Source of the DNA: Eledone cirrhosa
Lineage: Eukaryota
Length of the DNA stretch: 64,000 nt
Direction: 5' to 3'
Assembly (NCBI GenBank): GCA_964016885.1
Contig: OZ024743.1
Location: forward strand, 290,222,001-290,286,000
Shown: positions 11,421 through 24,842 of the stretch, piece after piece
Layout of the letters: each line of letters begins with the position of its first letter
How positions within the stretch are numbered: position 1 is the stretch's first letter
Program-made: the position numbers and the translations under genes
Notes under the pieces: model-generated
Database searches by the model: none
Told to the model about the DNA's origin: nothing
Seen by the model: only the letters and a program-made list of their open reading frames with translations

Positions 11421-13361
11421 AACTGCCGGTTGTGTTTGCTAATAAAATCAATTCAGCGTTTCTTTACTGAGGCGCTTTAAACATATGTTCGTGATATCGC
11501 TGCGGTGAGCTCTCATTTCAGAGAAACACTTCGTTAGCCAACAGCGGCTTCTCTGATATAATTTCTTACTCCCCTCCTAATCTCATAATTCCACTACCAG
11601 TAGAAAAAGCAGTAGAAGTACACAAATACTTTGATTCTGCCCAACATTCTCACACAGTGTCAGAAATAATGTAGACAGAAATTATTTGCACTCCTAGATA
11701 AACACCTGCACGCAGGAAATAAACACAGACCTATGTCCAATAGGCACAGGGTGTAACTTGGTTATTCCTGTGCTAAAAATATGAAACCCCCTCACCATCA
11801 CCTATACCAAGAACTCAAACCACATGGATGCTCTTGCAGAACGCCGGAAATACGTCCACTTCAACAACAGTGTCTATGATGTTGAAGTTACAGCTACTCG
11901 ACGAAACCAACATCAGGGGGTCAAAATATATATGAGTATGGCGGTAGGCTTACTTAACTACCAAACGACCTTAAGAACCTCAGATAAGCGATCATCCATG
12001 AACAGCCAAGACACATATGGTCCTTCAAAGATGCAGACGTCGATTAGTCCATTCACTGGAATATTCCGACCAAATCTAGGTTATACGGAAATGGTAATTT
12101 TTCTTGTCGGTTGTGTATCGATGAACAAATAAATATCTTGCAGAGATTACGAAATAGTACTTGTCTCAATTCAAAAACAGTCCGGTATAGTGGTTTGGCT
12201 GAACTGTTAGCATATCGAACTTGATACTTTGTGACATTTCTGCAGGCTTTTTGTTTACTGAATTTATATCTCACTAGTATTTAATTAATATTAACATAAG
12301 TACTAGATTAAACCATCATTTAGTTGAAAATAACTACCTCGACATTGGCCCCTTCTATTTGTAAGCATTAGACCAGGTTTCCTGTTTAAAGAACGTTGCT
12401 TACTCCATGCCACCAGTATCTGAACTTCTATAAAGTTCACTGTCACTACCTCTCCCTGCTCCGTTGTGACGCAGTAAAGGATAACCAAATACTCACATCA
12501 CAATTTTGATTACAGTTTGTGAAAAATTAACTTAAATATTAGTTACCCAACGAATTCACTTTTGCTCATATGAATAATTTGTAAAATACCTACAAAATAA
12601 TATGTATAATGTATAGATAAAATGATGTAATAAACCTTAGAATGTTCTTGATTAATTTACCATTTTAAACTTTGTGAAAAACGTACATATGATAATTAAA
12701 CTTCGTTATTCTCGCATTATCAAATCCAATTTTCCTATATCCAGTGTAATTATGTATCTGTATGTAATAAATCCTTCCAATTATATATACTTATATTTAA
12801 TTAAAAATATAATCATATAACACATATTATCGCTATTAATTAGGAATATAATTCTATATAATTATGGAACTATGTGATATTAATGAGCTTGTAAGCTTAT
12901 AAGGTGATACAAGTTTCCTCGAGCAAATGTGGACACAATTATCTCATTGTTTATTTATTCCAAAACTTTACAAATGTATGCAGGTTATTACAAAAAAGGG
13001 GCTAAATACCACGAAGAAATATTATTACAAAACATTATGGATTTGAAATGTGTATTTGGAATTCCAAAATAGTGGAAGTCGCAGCCACTACCATCATTCG
13101 TGACATACTATTTCCAGCAACTAATACGGACGTTTTCAAGACAAAATTTTAGTTATATCTGTATGAATATAGTAAGTAACCTAGACTGCACCAACATTCA
13201 TAGATATAAACACATATATTGAGAAATTATAAACATCTTTAATCATTAAAAAACGAACTTGTACACCATCCAATCAACAAGGGAACTTCATATTTTCTGA
13301 CATGTTTACGTATATAGAAATGTATGTATATATTTATACACGTTGGTGAAGTCTCAGTAAT

Positions 13362-13478
<117 letters not shown>

Positions 13479-13908
13479 AAGAGAGATATAGACAGAAAGA
13501 AAGTGAGAGAGGGGACAGACAAACACACATGTATATACATGTGTGTTTGCTATTTATCAAATGACAAAATTAAATTGCTTAAACTTGTCAATATGTGTAT
13601 CAGTAGTTTTATGTGTGATGTAAAGTTATCGATTCAAAATGCCAACCCAACAAATCCGCCAGTATATATCTCTAAACATACATAACATATCGACTATATG
13701 TGGTCACAATATATCCATGTATTCTTTATTGCTAGAAAGATATATCTTATTATGTGTAATTAGAGTGAAAAGTTGGGGTCAGAGAAACGTACTTTGTCTT
13801 TGTGCTCTTTCGGAGAGAGCGGCGGGGAGCACCCGACAGCGACATAGGGGGATTATAAAATGCGATATTGGAGAAGAGAAAGTATTAACTCTACATAAAA
13901 GTTACCAA

Positions 13909-13951
<43 letters not shown>

Positions 13952-13955
<4 letters not shown>

Positions 13956-15362
13956 AGGATGAATATAAAATGAAAGTGCTTTTGTTAAAAAAGGAATCTA
14001 TTAGGTATTGACATATGTTTCTGTAACAGAACGAATACCTATGTATCGCTGCTTGCGTAATCATATAATGTTAGCAAGTATTCGATAGCAAATGTATAAT
14101 CAGTTGTCATTTCTTCAGAGATTTTGGATAACCTGGATAAAATCAGAAAAATTGAAGTATTTATATTAGTAAAAGAGGAAGGAACAGAGGGGATAGAATA
14201 TGACAGATGGTAAAATAATTTACTGCTAAACAAGTATATAATGGGTTTTTAATGAGAATACCATGAGTAAATCTAAATAAGAATTTTGGGAGTGCCAATT
14301 TTAATCTCTACTTGACCAACTGGACAGTGGACAGGGCTGGTCATTTGGTGCAGTAGTATTAATTATAAAGTGTCAATTGGGGAAGGGGGATATTTCGATT
14401 GCTACTAAATAACATCAATGCTAGTAGCCAGCTGGTATATGCATTAGGGAATTGAATCAAGAAATCAGAAATCTCATTTTATCTATAGCAGTTTGTATTA
14501 AAAGGTAAATAATAGAAGAGTTGATAGAATTAAGACTAATAAAGAATGTTCATATCTAGTTTGACAATCAAACGGGGATAGAGACAGGCGTTCAATCCTG
14601 GCAGTATTTATAATATGAAAATGTAGATTTTAAGCGATGGTTACAGTATAACGATCGCTCTATTCTGTTATTTAATCAAATGTTTTTGGATTTCATAATA
14701 CAAAATAATTCTACATTACATAATTTACAAAATTCCTGTCCATTGGAATATGGGGGGGGGGGGGGGGGGCAGCCGCTATTATATCCCATTTTAGGTGAAA
14801 TTGTTGGTTATTTTCACGCAGCTGCCAAGCCTTGTCTGCGAGTGTTGTTACATAACGCTGGTTTTCATGTTTTATCGAATAACGATGTCTATAAAGGCGT
14901 GATTTGAAGGAGGTGGCTGTAGATCCCACATAGTACCACTTCTGTCTATCCGATTCGATAGTACATTTGTATACGATGTTGCGTTCAAGACACTAATTGT
15001 TGAACGGACACATTCCTGGTTGGACACAGTTGCAATTATAATTTTGCGTTGTTGTATTGCCATGGATGGGTTGATGAGGTTGCTTATGTAGGACAGGATG
15101 TTGTTTGTTGTTTTGTGATGTTATAGCTAATGTTTTACGTGTATTGTTATGTGTTGGAAGGCGTTTATACAACCGTTTTGCGTTAAGCTTTTTTATATGT
15201 TGTTCAATATTAGGGGCGGTTGAATATGAAAGTCGAATAGTGTTAGGGTTTAAGATTTTATTATATTTATGTGATGTTGGAAAGTGTTTTCTAACTAATC
15301 GAAAGAATTTTGAGGGTAGATTGGTTTTAATAGATTTGTTATAGACCGGGTTGTACCAGATA
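13952..15362 (-). mobile_element. 5'-truncated copy of PLE family 2 (GIY-YIG + 3' tail)
   Basis: Reverse complement of ~37415-38796; encodes GSTATSFKSRLYRHRYSIKHENQR; flanked by (TA)n. Confidence 0.9.
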
Positions 15363-15463
15363 TATATATATATATACGTAGGTCCCGGGTTGAGTCGGGG
15401 ATAACCACAGTAAGTAAGGTACTCAATACATGGCAGAGTAAAATTTTTTTATTTTATAGAAGG

Positions 15464-15514
15464 AGCTTCTACAGGACTAGTACTGTTTCATTCCGATGAA
15501 ATCTTCAGGAAGCT
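15464..15514 (-). ncRNA. Type I hammerhead ribozyme motif (mirror copy)
   Basis: Minus strand reads agcttc CTGAAGA tttcatcggaat GAAA cag tactagtc ctg TA gaagct. Confidence 0.75.
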
Positions 15515-15561
15515 TCCTGAAGATTTCATCTGAATGAAACAGTACTAGTCCTGTAGAAGCT
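15511..15561 (+). ncRNA. Type I hammerhead ribozyme motif
   Basis: Stem I agcttc/gaagct, CTGAAGA at 15517-15523, stem II ttca/tgaa, GAAA at 15536-15539, stem III cag/ctg, GUA cleavage site at 15553-15555. Confidence 0.8.
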
Positions 15562-15575
15562 CCTTCTATAAAATA

Positions 15576-15607
<32 letters not shown>

Positions 15608-15876
15608 CACTCTTAGAAGTAAACTCACAATAGTGAAAACTAACTTGAAATTGTTTCCTTATCATTTTCGTTTGTTACGCTTGCTTTACTTTTCATTTTG
15701 GGGGATTGTTCACGGTGACGGCAACAATACCTAGATAGCTAATTCGATAAATAGAGTGAAGACTATGGTAGATATACTGAGAGAACACTACACATCTCCA
15801 GGGACGTTTGGTATCGTTTACGATAAGCTATAATACTAGTAAAATAAGCCAGTCTATACACTCATACACTCACATA

Positions 15877-15979
<103 letters not shown>

Positions 15980-18404
15980 TTATGTATATATATATGTATA
16001 TTTCTGGCACTGATCTCTCCTTTGTCTTTATTCTGTCGACCGAAAATTCATTCCCAAAGGGCCACAAATTATTTGAATGAATTCTGAATACTCAACTTTC
16101 AAACGTATCTCCGTTTTTTTTCCTTTTCATTCTATACTTTTGTCTCTCTGAGGTATTTTATTTACATTCAAAAGGAATTCCCTGGTATCTGCATTAATGC
16201 ATTTGAAGATGCTTAAATTATATCTACTTACTCGACATCATTTACAAAAGAACTAACATAAAGTTACTTTACATTTCAAACATCTTTGTGTAATCTAAAG
16301 AAAGATTTAAATAGCCGAAAGCCCCTTAATATCACCCCCCCCTCTCTTTAATTTAATACTGCTTCTAATTCTCTCCCTCTTTGTCTTTACCTATGTGTCG
16401 CTTTTTCATTTTCGGTAGTTGCAGCTAATTACATGGCAACTATTCTAAAAGAAAGATAAAATACGATGAAACACGTAAAAGTTATTTCTCCTCTAATGGC
16501 GTTTAAGATAATAAACTAAACAGACGGAAAGAAATTCAAATGAACACAGCAAACAAGTATATAGAAGAAAATTGAATATAATACAAAACAATATATTAAC
16601 TTTTTTCTATAAAACAACAATAGTGGACGCTATAAATTGATGGTCTTTCATCATAGAATAAATATATGAAATTATTCTGCTTCTGACTTAAATTGTTGGA
16701 GACCAATAGAGATATTGTAATTTTGATTATGTATAAAATCAAACGTGTAGAGGAATTATGAAGGGAAAATACAGAACGTAATGTATGGATTCGAAGTAAA
16801 TGAAACAACGCAATTATCTAAGAAAGTTATAGCGTTACTACCTGTTAGAATATGGTGTGAGGTATGGCCTGTGTGCATCTATAATATATTAGTGTAGAAA
16901 ATGCTTGACAGAATTTACTCAACCTTTCCATAACAAGACTATTGATTTTTGAACTGATATTCATAACATAATGACTATAATTTCAATATCACTTATTACT
17001 GAAGGTGATAAAAATCTAATGATTTTCTAGTAATGGCTATGAAATGTGTGTGGGACGATGCTGCAGTAGGCAACACATCAAGACTGAATAATTTGCCTCT
17101 ATACTACTACAAAATAAACATCTCAAATTTATTGTATGTTGATTTTCAATGTATCGTCGTTGATGTTGATGATGTATACATAGGTCTTTTAATACATATT
17201 TGTTATCAAATACTGATTTTCCCCCTCAGAATTAAACCCATCCTCATTTCGTCGTAGACTAATTTAACCATAAATTACTGACACTCAAATATGAAAATTT
17301 AAATCTAAAGTAATTAATCTTAAACAACCACGCAACCCATCAAACAACGAAACGACAGAAATATTTAACAATATAATATAATGATCATCTAAACCTATTT
17401 AGAAGTAGGATATCAAGAATTATAATATGCTTTTCATTTTATTGTCGAAATGTACATTTTACCCAATAAAAATATCCAAATTGTTTGCGAACCAAAAGTT
17501 GCTTAATCTGATGAATTAAAATTATCAACAAGTAATATATTTTTCTAACATAACCACTGAATAAGTGGTGGTGATGCTGTGCTAACATGGTCAATGGTAT
17601 ATGATGTGTAACCTGTAAATATCTAAGCAACTGATTCGAATAATAGTTATATTATTGTATTTGACAAGGAAGATATTAAATCTGCACGCATATATACAAA
17701 TGAAAAGTATAAGAATCGGAGCCAAGCAACAGTAGTAATGGAAGCAGGGGTATTGCAACCGAAATAGACCAATTATGTACAATAAGGCATGGAAATAAGC
17801 CAATTTTATAGGAATATTAGACCACAAATACCTATTTTCTTCATACTGTTAATTTATTTTACATACTAAAAGGTTTTCTTGATTGCACTGTACCATAAAC
17901 TTCCTTGAAAATCTGCATTAGCCAGTATAATTTAGTTCCTTTCTTAAATTGGCTTAATGCTAAATCGTCTGCTTTGCATCATTTAGGGATTCTGTATCAT
18001 CATGATCAAACCAATCCCTTGACTAGGCTGATTCTTATTCCTCTGAATCAGCTTACGTCAGATTTCAAAGCGGGATACCTTAAAATCGTCTCGCATTATG
18101 GGTAATGTTCAAGACTTTGGTTTTGATATTTTAGTGTAATTCATATTGGCGAACATAATGATTCAGGTGCTCTTAAACCTCCTTCCTTGTTTCTTTTTAT
18201 GCTGATAAATAATGTGATCTATAGCAACCACACTTGGTCGGAAGTAATTGATGCCCTCAGATTTCCATCACTGAAGCCGACATGACCAACGCGCATTACA
18301 ACAGAAGTCGAATGGCTTACTACTAATATCGTAATTATCTTAATGGTAAACTCTGCGTCAATTGAATAAAAAAAAATCAGTTAGAAACAATACATAAGAA
18401 GATA

Positions 18405-18500
18405 ATTGTTTCTACTTTAGGCACAAGGCCAGCAATTACCCAGTTCATTACTGGTACTTTATTTTATCGACCCCGTAAGGATGAAAGGCAAAGTCAACAA
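18405..18500 (-). mobile_element. SINE fragment (Meta-domain tRNA-SINE)
   Basis: Reverse complement of gactttgcctttcatccttacggggtcgataaaataaagtaccag, as in 55066-55250. Confidence 0.85.
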
Positions 18501-18886
18501 GACATAAGAAGATAATGACGTTATTTGCCGTGCATAAAATCGTACACGGTACACCTCCATGTGAATTTGTAAACAAACCCTCAGAATATTCTCTTTCTTT
18601 CTTACCAGTACGTCAAATTACACACTTCCTTCAACATTTAAGATTTAAATAACTCATTCTCAGACATGCACACACACACACACACATTCACCCACATATA
18701 TACACTCACTCACTCACACACATACACACACACTTACACACACATATTCATATATATAAATATAAATATCGAAATAAATACATATATGAATATACACCGG
18801 GAGAGGAGAGACAAGTATTTAAATATATATATATACATATAAAATGGAAAACGAAGAATCATTGATGCATCGGAACACAGTTTATT

Positions 18887-18979
18887 ACGTATAACAATTG
18901 TTTCTCCGGCGAACAGCTCGAGGTGCGATCTGTTTGTGGATCGAACCTGACTCTGGATTCTCAAGTTCCTCAGATACGT
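18887..18979 (-). ncRNA. Type I hammerhead motif with ~60 nt stem II domain
   Basis: Minus strand: acgtat CTGAGGA [acttgag...gccgga] GAAA caattg TT atacgt. Confidence 0.7.
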
Positions 18980-20204
18980 CTAGTGATTTCGAAGCCAATT
19001 CTCTTTCTGCAGGGCTCCGACCCTTCGAATCTATATCATCTGCCTTCATCTTGTTTGCGGGGCCCTTAGATTGGTCGATGGTTCGTGTCGTCATCATAGT
19101 TCTTGACCACTGAAATCTGCTCACTGGCCATCTCCATTCAGGCGTGAGCTGTCACTCATCCCAAACCCATCGGCAAAATTATTGGTGTGTGTAGTAGAGT
19201 TTTTATTAACTCCCATGCCAATCCTTTGCTTACCAGCCTCCCTATACATATACATCTACCCGCATGTGCTCATACCTATATAGAGGCATTCCAAGCCATT
19301 AATCGTACACTTATCTGTGTTGGTCTACACACAATCCCCCCACCCCCTACACACATAGAGCTTGCGTGCTTCTGTTCACACGTGTACATACATAAATATA
19401 TATATATATATATATGAAAAACCACAGACCCTCCATCTCAACTCTACTTTTGAAAAGCAGAAGAACTGGGAAACCGGTAAAGGAACCAAATCAATATATA
19501 TATATTTTTTTAAATTAGACTCCAGTTGCATTTTCGATTTCATCTTTTTTTCTTTATATTTTCACTCGTGTAGGACACCTCGGTTATTTTTCATTTCGTA
19601 AAAAAACTCACTTTCTTATATATATATATATATAGGAAAATGTTCAAGACCCCGACGGCAGAGCTCAAACCGTTTCGACGACTATTTCTGGACTAAATTA
19701 GTTTTTTAGCATGGTAATAAATAGTCGAAATTTTCAAGTGGTAATTCTATATATGGGCATTCGATGTAATGCCCGTATATGGAATTTTGTTTAAGGGTTC
19801 TATATGTGGATTAATCCACGTTAGTCCCATAATGCCAACTCTGTCAACAGGTGCATCAAAGTGTATCTGCATATACGTGTATACTGTTATGTGAGATACT
19901 GCATGCATTCACCGACGTACCCCCATATGTACTTTTTTCGTACTTTGCACGTATTTTCCCACGTAATATCTCGATGTACAGCAGCATGTGCCATGCTATA
20001 TGCGCATTCCAAATATTTTTTATACAGTTTATTTTCATATATGTGTGTACGTATGTGCGCGTACGTCTGTATGGGGGTGAGTACATAAATGTGTATGTGT
20101 GTGTGTGTGTGGGGGGGGGGTATATATGTATGTATGTGTGAATGTGTATGTAAAAGTACGCGCACGTATGTACGTGTGTCTTTGCGTGTGCCTGTCCATG
20201 CACG

Positions 20205-20255
<51 letters not shown>

Positions 20256-20846
20256 GTATATAGGTATATGTGTGAGTATGTATATATATATATATGTGAG
20301 TGTGTGTAAGAGTAGGCTTAAATGAATGCATATGTAAGCACATGTGTGTATCTATGGGTGTGAATATATGTGTGTGTATGTATGTCCACATGTGTAGGAA
20401 AAAATATATATGTGTGTGTGTATGTGTGACTGTACGAATAGAGAAACGTGGTTCACTTATGTGTACGTGTAGGCATGTGTGTGTATGTGGGGGGATTTGT
20501 GTATGCCCACACATATATGTGTACGATTAATGGCTCGGAATGCCTCTATATAAGTGTGAGCAGATGTGCGTGTGGATGTATATGTATGTGGAGGCTGGTA
20601 AGCAAGGGATTGGCACGCGAAATTATAAAAACTCTACTACACACAGTAGTAATTTTGCCGATGGGATTGGGGTGAGTAACAGCTCAAGCCGGAATGGAGA
20701 TGGCCAGTGGGCAGATTTCAGTGGTCAAGAACTATGATTACGAACCATCGACCAATCTAAGGGCCGCACAAACAGGATGAAGGCCGATGATATAGATTCG
20801 AATGGTCGGAACCCTGCAGAAAGAGAATTGGCTTCGAAATCACTAG

Positions 20847-20937
20847 ACGTATCTGAGGAACTTGCGAATCCGAGTCAGGTTCGATCCACAATCAGATCCA
20901 CCTCGAGCTGTTTGTCGGAGAAACAATTGTAATACGT
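20847..20937 (+). ncRNA. Type I hammerhead motif with ~60 nt stem II domain
   Basis: acgtat CTGAGGA (20853-20859) [...] GAAA (20920-20923) caattg TA atacgt. Perfect 6-bp stem I and palindromic stem III. Confidence 0.72.
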
Positions 20938-21089
20938 AATAAATTGTGTTTCGATGGATCACTGATTTTTGGTTTTCCAATATATCATACTCTGCTCCGA
21001 AGGAGCATAGAGTGCTCAACTGGAATACCGCATATGGGCGCATCCTAGCAACCATATGACATATATATATATATATATTTATATATATA

Positions 21090-23800
21090 AACCACGCAGG
21101 TTTATGCCACCTAGATGTTCATTGTATTGCACAAGCACTGACCACTATAATTATGTAATTCAGTAAATACTATAAAATAAATCCTATGTCGACAGAGAGA
21201 TAGTGACAGAAACAGGTGAAGGATGTCACTGGAATTTCCCAGTTTGACGTCTGCAGATGGGTGGTGAGAGATAAATGACTGTTTTGCACAATATTTGTGA
21301 ATAATTGTGCAACTCATGTCCTCTCCCAACAAAGAAGTCCTGTTTGGCGGGGCACTTCTTTTCTTCTAGGAAAGAGGGGGTAAACAAATGCGACCTAAAT
21401 ATTGCTTAATCATACCACTCTGTGTCAATAAGTGCAGATGCCTATACATCCAAAATGACACCAGATCACGAAAATAATAAAAGTTAAAAGTAAATAAATC
21501 CTATTCATCGGGTCTTGGAAATTGTGAACGCTCCAATACAGCAAGAAGAACCTTGAACTTAGGACCACTTTGATTGCAATTGTCATTGGCATAGCTGCTC
21601 TCTCATAAACTAGACTAACTGTATCTGGTCAGCTACGTTAGATAGATGGTGAATATACCCTTTTTCTGCAGTGGAAAACCAGATACAGGAAAGAAACGCA
21701 CTGAACGACTTGATGAATGTCCTTGAATCTCTACCTGTTGGCATCAACGAATGACTTATGACTTTTCGTATTTGCATTAGTAGAAACAAGTATGCAACCA
21801 TTTTAAGTTGCTTTGCAGCTACCACGAAATGATGAACTAAGGAGAGCTCGACTCCGAGTTACGCAGTCAGTTGAGAAGTATGTCCATCCATGATACACTC
21901 TTTCAGTTGGGTGATTTCAATGCACGTATGAACTGAGATACATCAGCATTATTACTATGCCTGGATGTATGTGGATGAAAATGCCAACTCTAATATCCAC
22001 TTGTAGCGAGTATGATCTACTGATTACCAACACCATATTCCAGCTTCCTAACAACCACCCTATCCAACTATCATCTTATTGATTATGTCATTGTGAGCTC
22101 CTCCTTCAGGAATGATATAAAAAGGACACATTCTTACTTAATCGTGATTGACGATCTGACCTTAGACTCATACCATCCAATGCCCGCTTCATTATCCGTA
22201 ATCTACGAGCTCTTGAAGTAGATGAAAAAATACTCAACACTAACAATATCAATATTTTAAAAATCTCTGTCATAGTAGGCTTGCTGTTATACCTTAAAAC
22301 ACAGATATTGAATCAACATAGTCTTCTTTAAAAAGTACTGATTCTGAATAATCTGAAGAAACCTTTGGCTATGGAAAGAGAAAATATCAAATGATCCAAA
22401 CATTTCTCGCCTTTTAGATAACACGCACAAGTGCCACCTCCTGCGAAAATCAGACAGGAATAATGCCACCGCGTGCAATGAGTTCCAGGCGGCCAGAAAT
22501 AAATGTCAGTCTCAGCTACGGCAAATGAAACAGACATAGTGGCGAATGTAGACACAAGAATTGCTGGATGATGCCGATAGATGTGACTTTAAATCAGAAC
22601 TGAAAAAGAGATTTTGAATCCGTGTCAAATGGCTCAACTCCGATCTTTTTCATCCAAGGGTAACCTTTTGATATACAAAAAAGAGATCATTAAGCGTTGG
22701 GCAGACCATTTCTATAATGTTCTCAATACGGAACAAAATGTTGATTTCAACCTTATCAACAACCTACCACAGATATCTGTCCCTGCAAGACTATCAGCCA
22801 CACCAACTTGTGCCGAAATAAAAAAAAAGGCCATAAAACAACTTTCTAATGGCAAGTCGTTCGGAAATGATGGAATACCAGCCTGGATATATAAATGTGG
22901 TAGTAATCTCTTGATTTACAATCTTTGTGATGTCTCCTCCTTAATCTGGGAATCAGGATCTATTGTCCATATTCACAAGTACATAGGCAATAGATGCGAA
23001 TGTTACAACCACCATGGTGGTATTTTTCTTCTGCGTGTAGCTGGAAAATCTTTGACATTGTAATCTTGAACAGACTTAACAATGATCTGACCAATTCGGT
23101 TTTGCCACCATGACAGTGTGGCTTTCAGTCGTATAGAGACATTGTAGACATGATTTTCAGTCTGAGGAAACTGCAAGAAAAAGCGTGAAACGGTAACGAT
23201 CTTTTTGTCATTTTTGTTGGTTACACGAAAGCTTTTGACTGTTTCCGTGATGCAAAGATGGACAAAGAAATAGAGTGCAGAATTGGGAAAGCTAGTTCTG
23301 TGTTCGGTAAGATTTACCACAGGCTTTGGATCATGCACGATGTCGCATGAAAGGTGAAAATCGATGTGTAGTAGTGACATCACTTCTCAACTACTCAACT
23401 ACTTAATGATGCTGATCATGGACTCTGTATCGAAAACATATCAATCAGATTGATGCGTTTCACATGGAATGTTTGCATTCCACCTTCAGCTTAAAACTAA
23501 CCGATCACAATAGAAGCAGTTAGGTTCTGAATAATTGGCACATGTCAGGCATTGAAATTATCTTCATGAAAATACACTTCAGGTGGACAGGGCATCTTTC
23601 TTTACGAGCATTAACAGACCTCCTAAGCAGCTATTTTTGGTCAGTTTCCGACAAACAGGCTAGTTGGAAGACCACTCTTGGGATTCAAAACAATGCAACA
23701 TCTGCTTCGGTTCGTGAGAAAAGAAAGCATCAGGACATTAGAGCAGGGACTAGTGCTGCTTCTCATTTATTCAAAGGTTTGAGCTGGGCCGACTTGAATA
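21090..23800 (+). mobile_element. Old, degenerate RTE-clade LINE (APE + RT remnants)
   Basis: Fragments include LGDFNAR-like at ~21908, IIKRWADHFYNVLN, GKSFGNDGIPA, LLRVAGK, KAFD and IHFRWTGH. Many stops and frameshifts. Confidence 0.8.
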
Positions 23801-24842
23801 ATGAGTCCAGCTATGTGCAAATATCAAGGCATGCTGGAGGCATATATATATACAAGCAAAAGTTTCCACAGAATGCACAAAAGTCTACGAATATATTTAG
23901 TGGGTATTAAAAACATATATTCACGCAGATAACTAGTATATCATCTTTCTGTCTCATTCCTTCTCAAACACTAACATCTGTCAGTATATCTGTGCTTCAG
24001 TCTATATATACACATATACACACATGCACACAAGCGCACTCACACGCATACACACATGTATATGTGTATACAAGACATTTTGCGACTGCTTGTAGGTTTA
24101 AGTAATCCCATACGAAACTGTATAGCTAAAAGAAGAGCCTGCGAGAATTAATGCGTTACTGCACAACGACAAAAGATGCATGCAACACTAAAAAAAATGT
24201 ATAATTATTTAAAGGAAAACATTTGGGTTTTGCACACAACGTTTGTTTCCTGTCGTGATTAGATATATAATTATACAAGTAGGATCGTCACGATTAATGT
24301 TTCAAACATAGAAAAGCTTACGGCTAATATAGTTCATGATAAGGATTTGCTGTACATCAGTAGGTAACATATGAAATTATATTGGATTAGATACACACAC
24401 ATATATATATGTGTATATACGGAGAATAGAGGTAACGAAGCCTGCGTAGATGTCTACATACATTCACACATTTAAGGTGTATACATGTAAACATATCAAA
24501 CATGAAACTCCATATGAATTGAAAAACATAATACATTAGATCCTCTGTTATCTATTTTTAAACAATGAAATGTATATATCAATCAAACAATATTTTGAAA
24601 ATATAAATCACTCTTGGCGTGGATGAAAGGAAAATCTTGCTCAAATGTTGCACACATATCCTCTTTGATTTGTACGGACGTATAATAACCCCCCCCCCCC
24701 CCACACACACACACAGGCATACGGACCCGCACAACTGTAGCTCTTTATACAAATCCTTTTTTTTTAATTTAAGGTACACGCGCTCCATCATCCACTTTGC
24801 TAAAAAAATATATCATACAGAAAACACCAGCATCAACAGTTT

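Larger units (their letters stand above)
15377..15582. mobile_element. Fold-back element B (palindrome ~15444-15581, centre 15512/15513) plus a one-sided ~65 bp extension
   Basis: Near-perfect palindrome centred on tcttcaggaag|cttcctgaaga, between (TA)n tracts. Confidence 0.85.
18841..21060. mobile_element. Large fold-back element D: inverted arms ~18841-19420 and ~20400-20980, structured spacer, ~80 bp one-sided extension
   Basis: The arms are diverged reverse complements (e.g. gaagccaattctctttctgcagg vs cctgcagaaagagaattggcttc). Each arm has a hammerhead motif. Confidence 0.8.

Noticed and set aside
16596-17827. Short hydrophobic minus-strand ORFs suggesting a membrane-protein or GPCR exon
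   Set aside because: No recognisable motif or consistent splice structure; expected by chance in AT-rich DNA.
18885-19124. Overlapping ORFs in the arm of element D with peptide similarity to 32547-32741
   Set aside because: Frames are not preserved in the opposite arm; nucleotide homology of a non-coding repeat explains the similarity.
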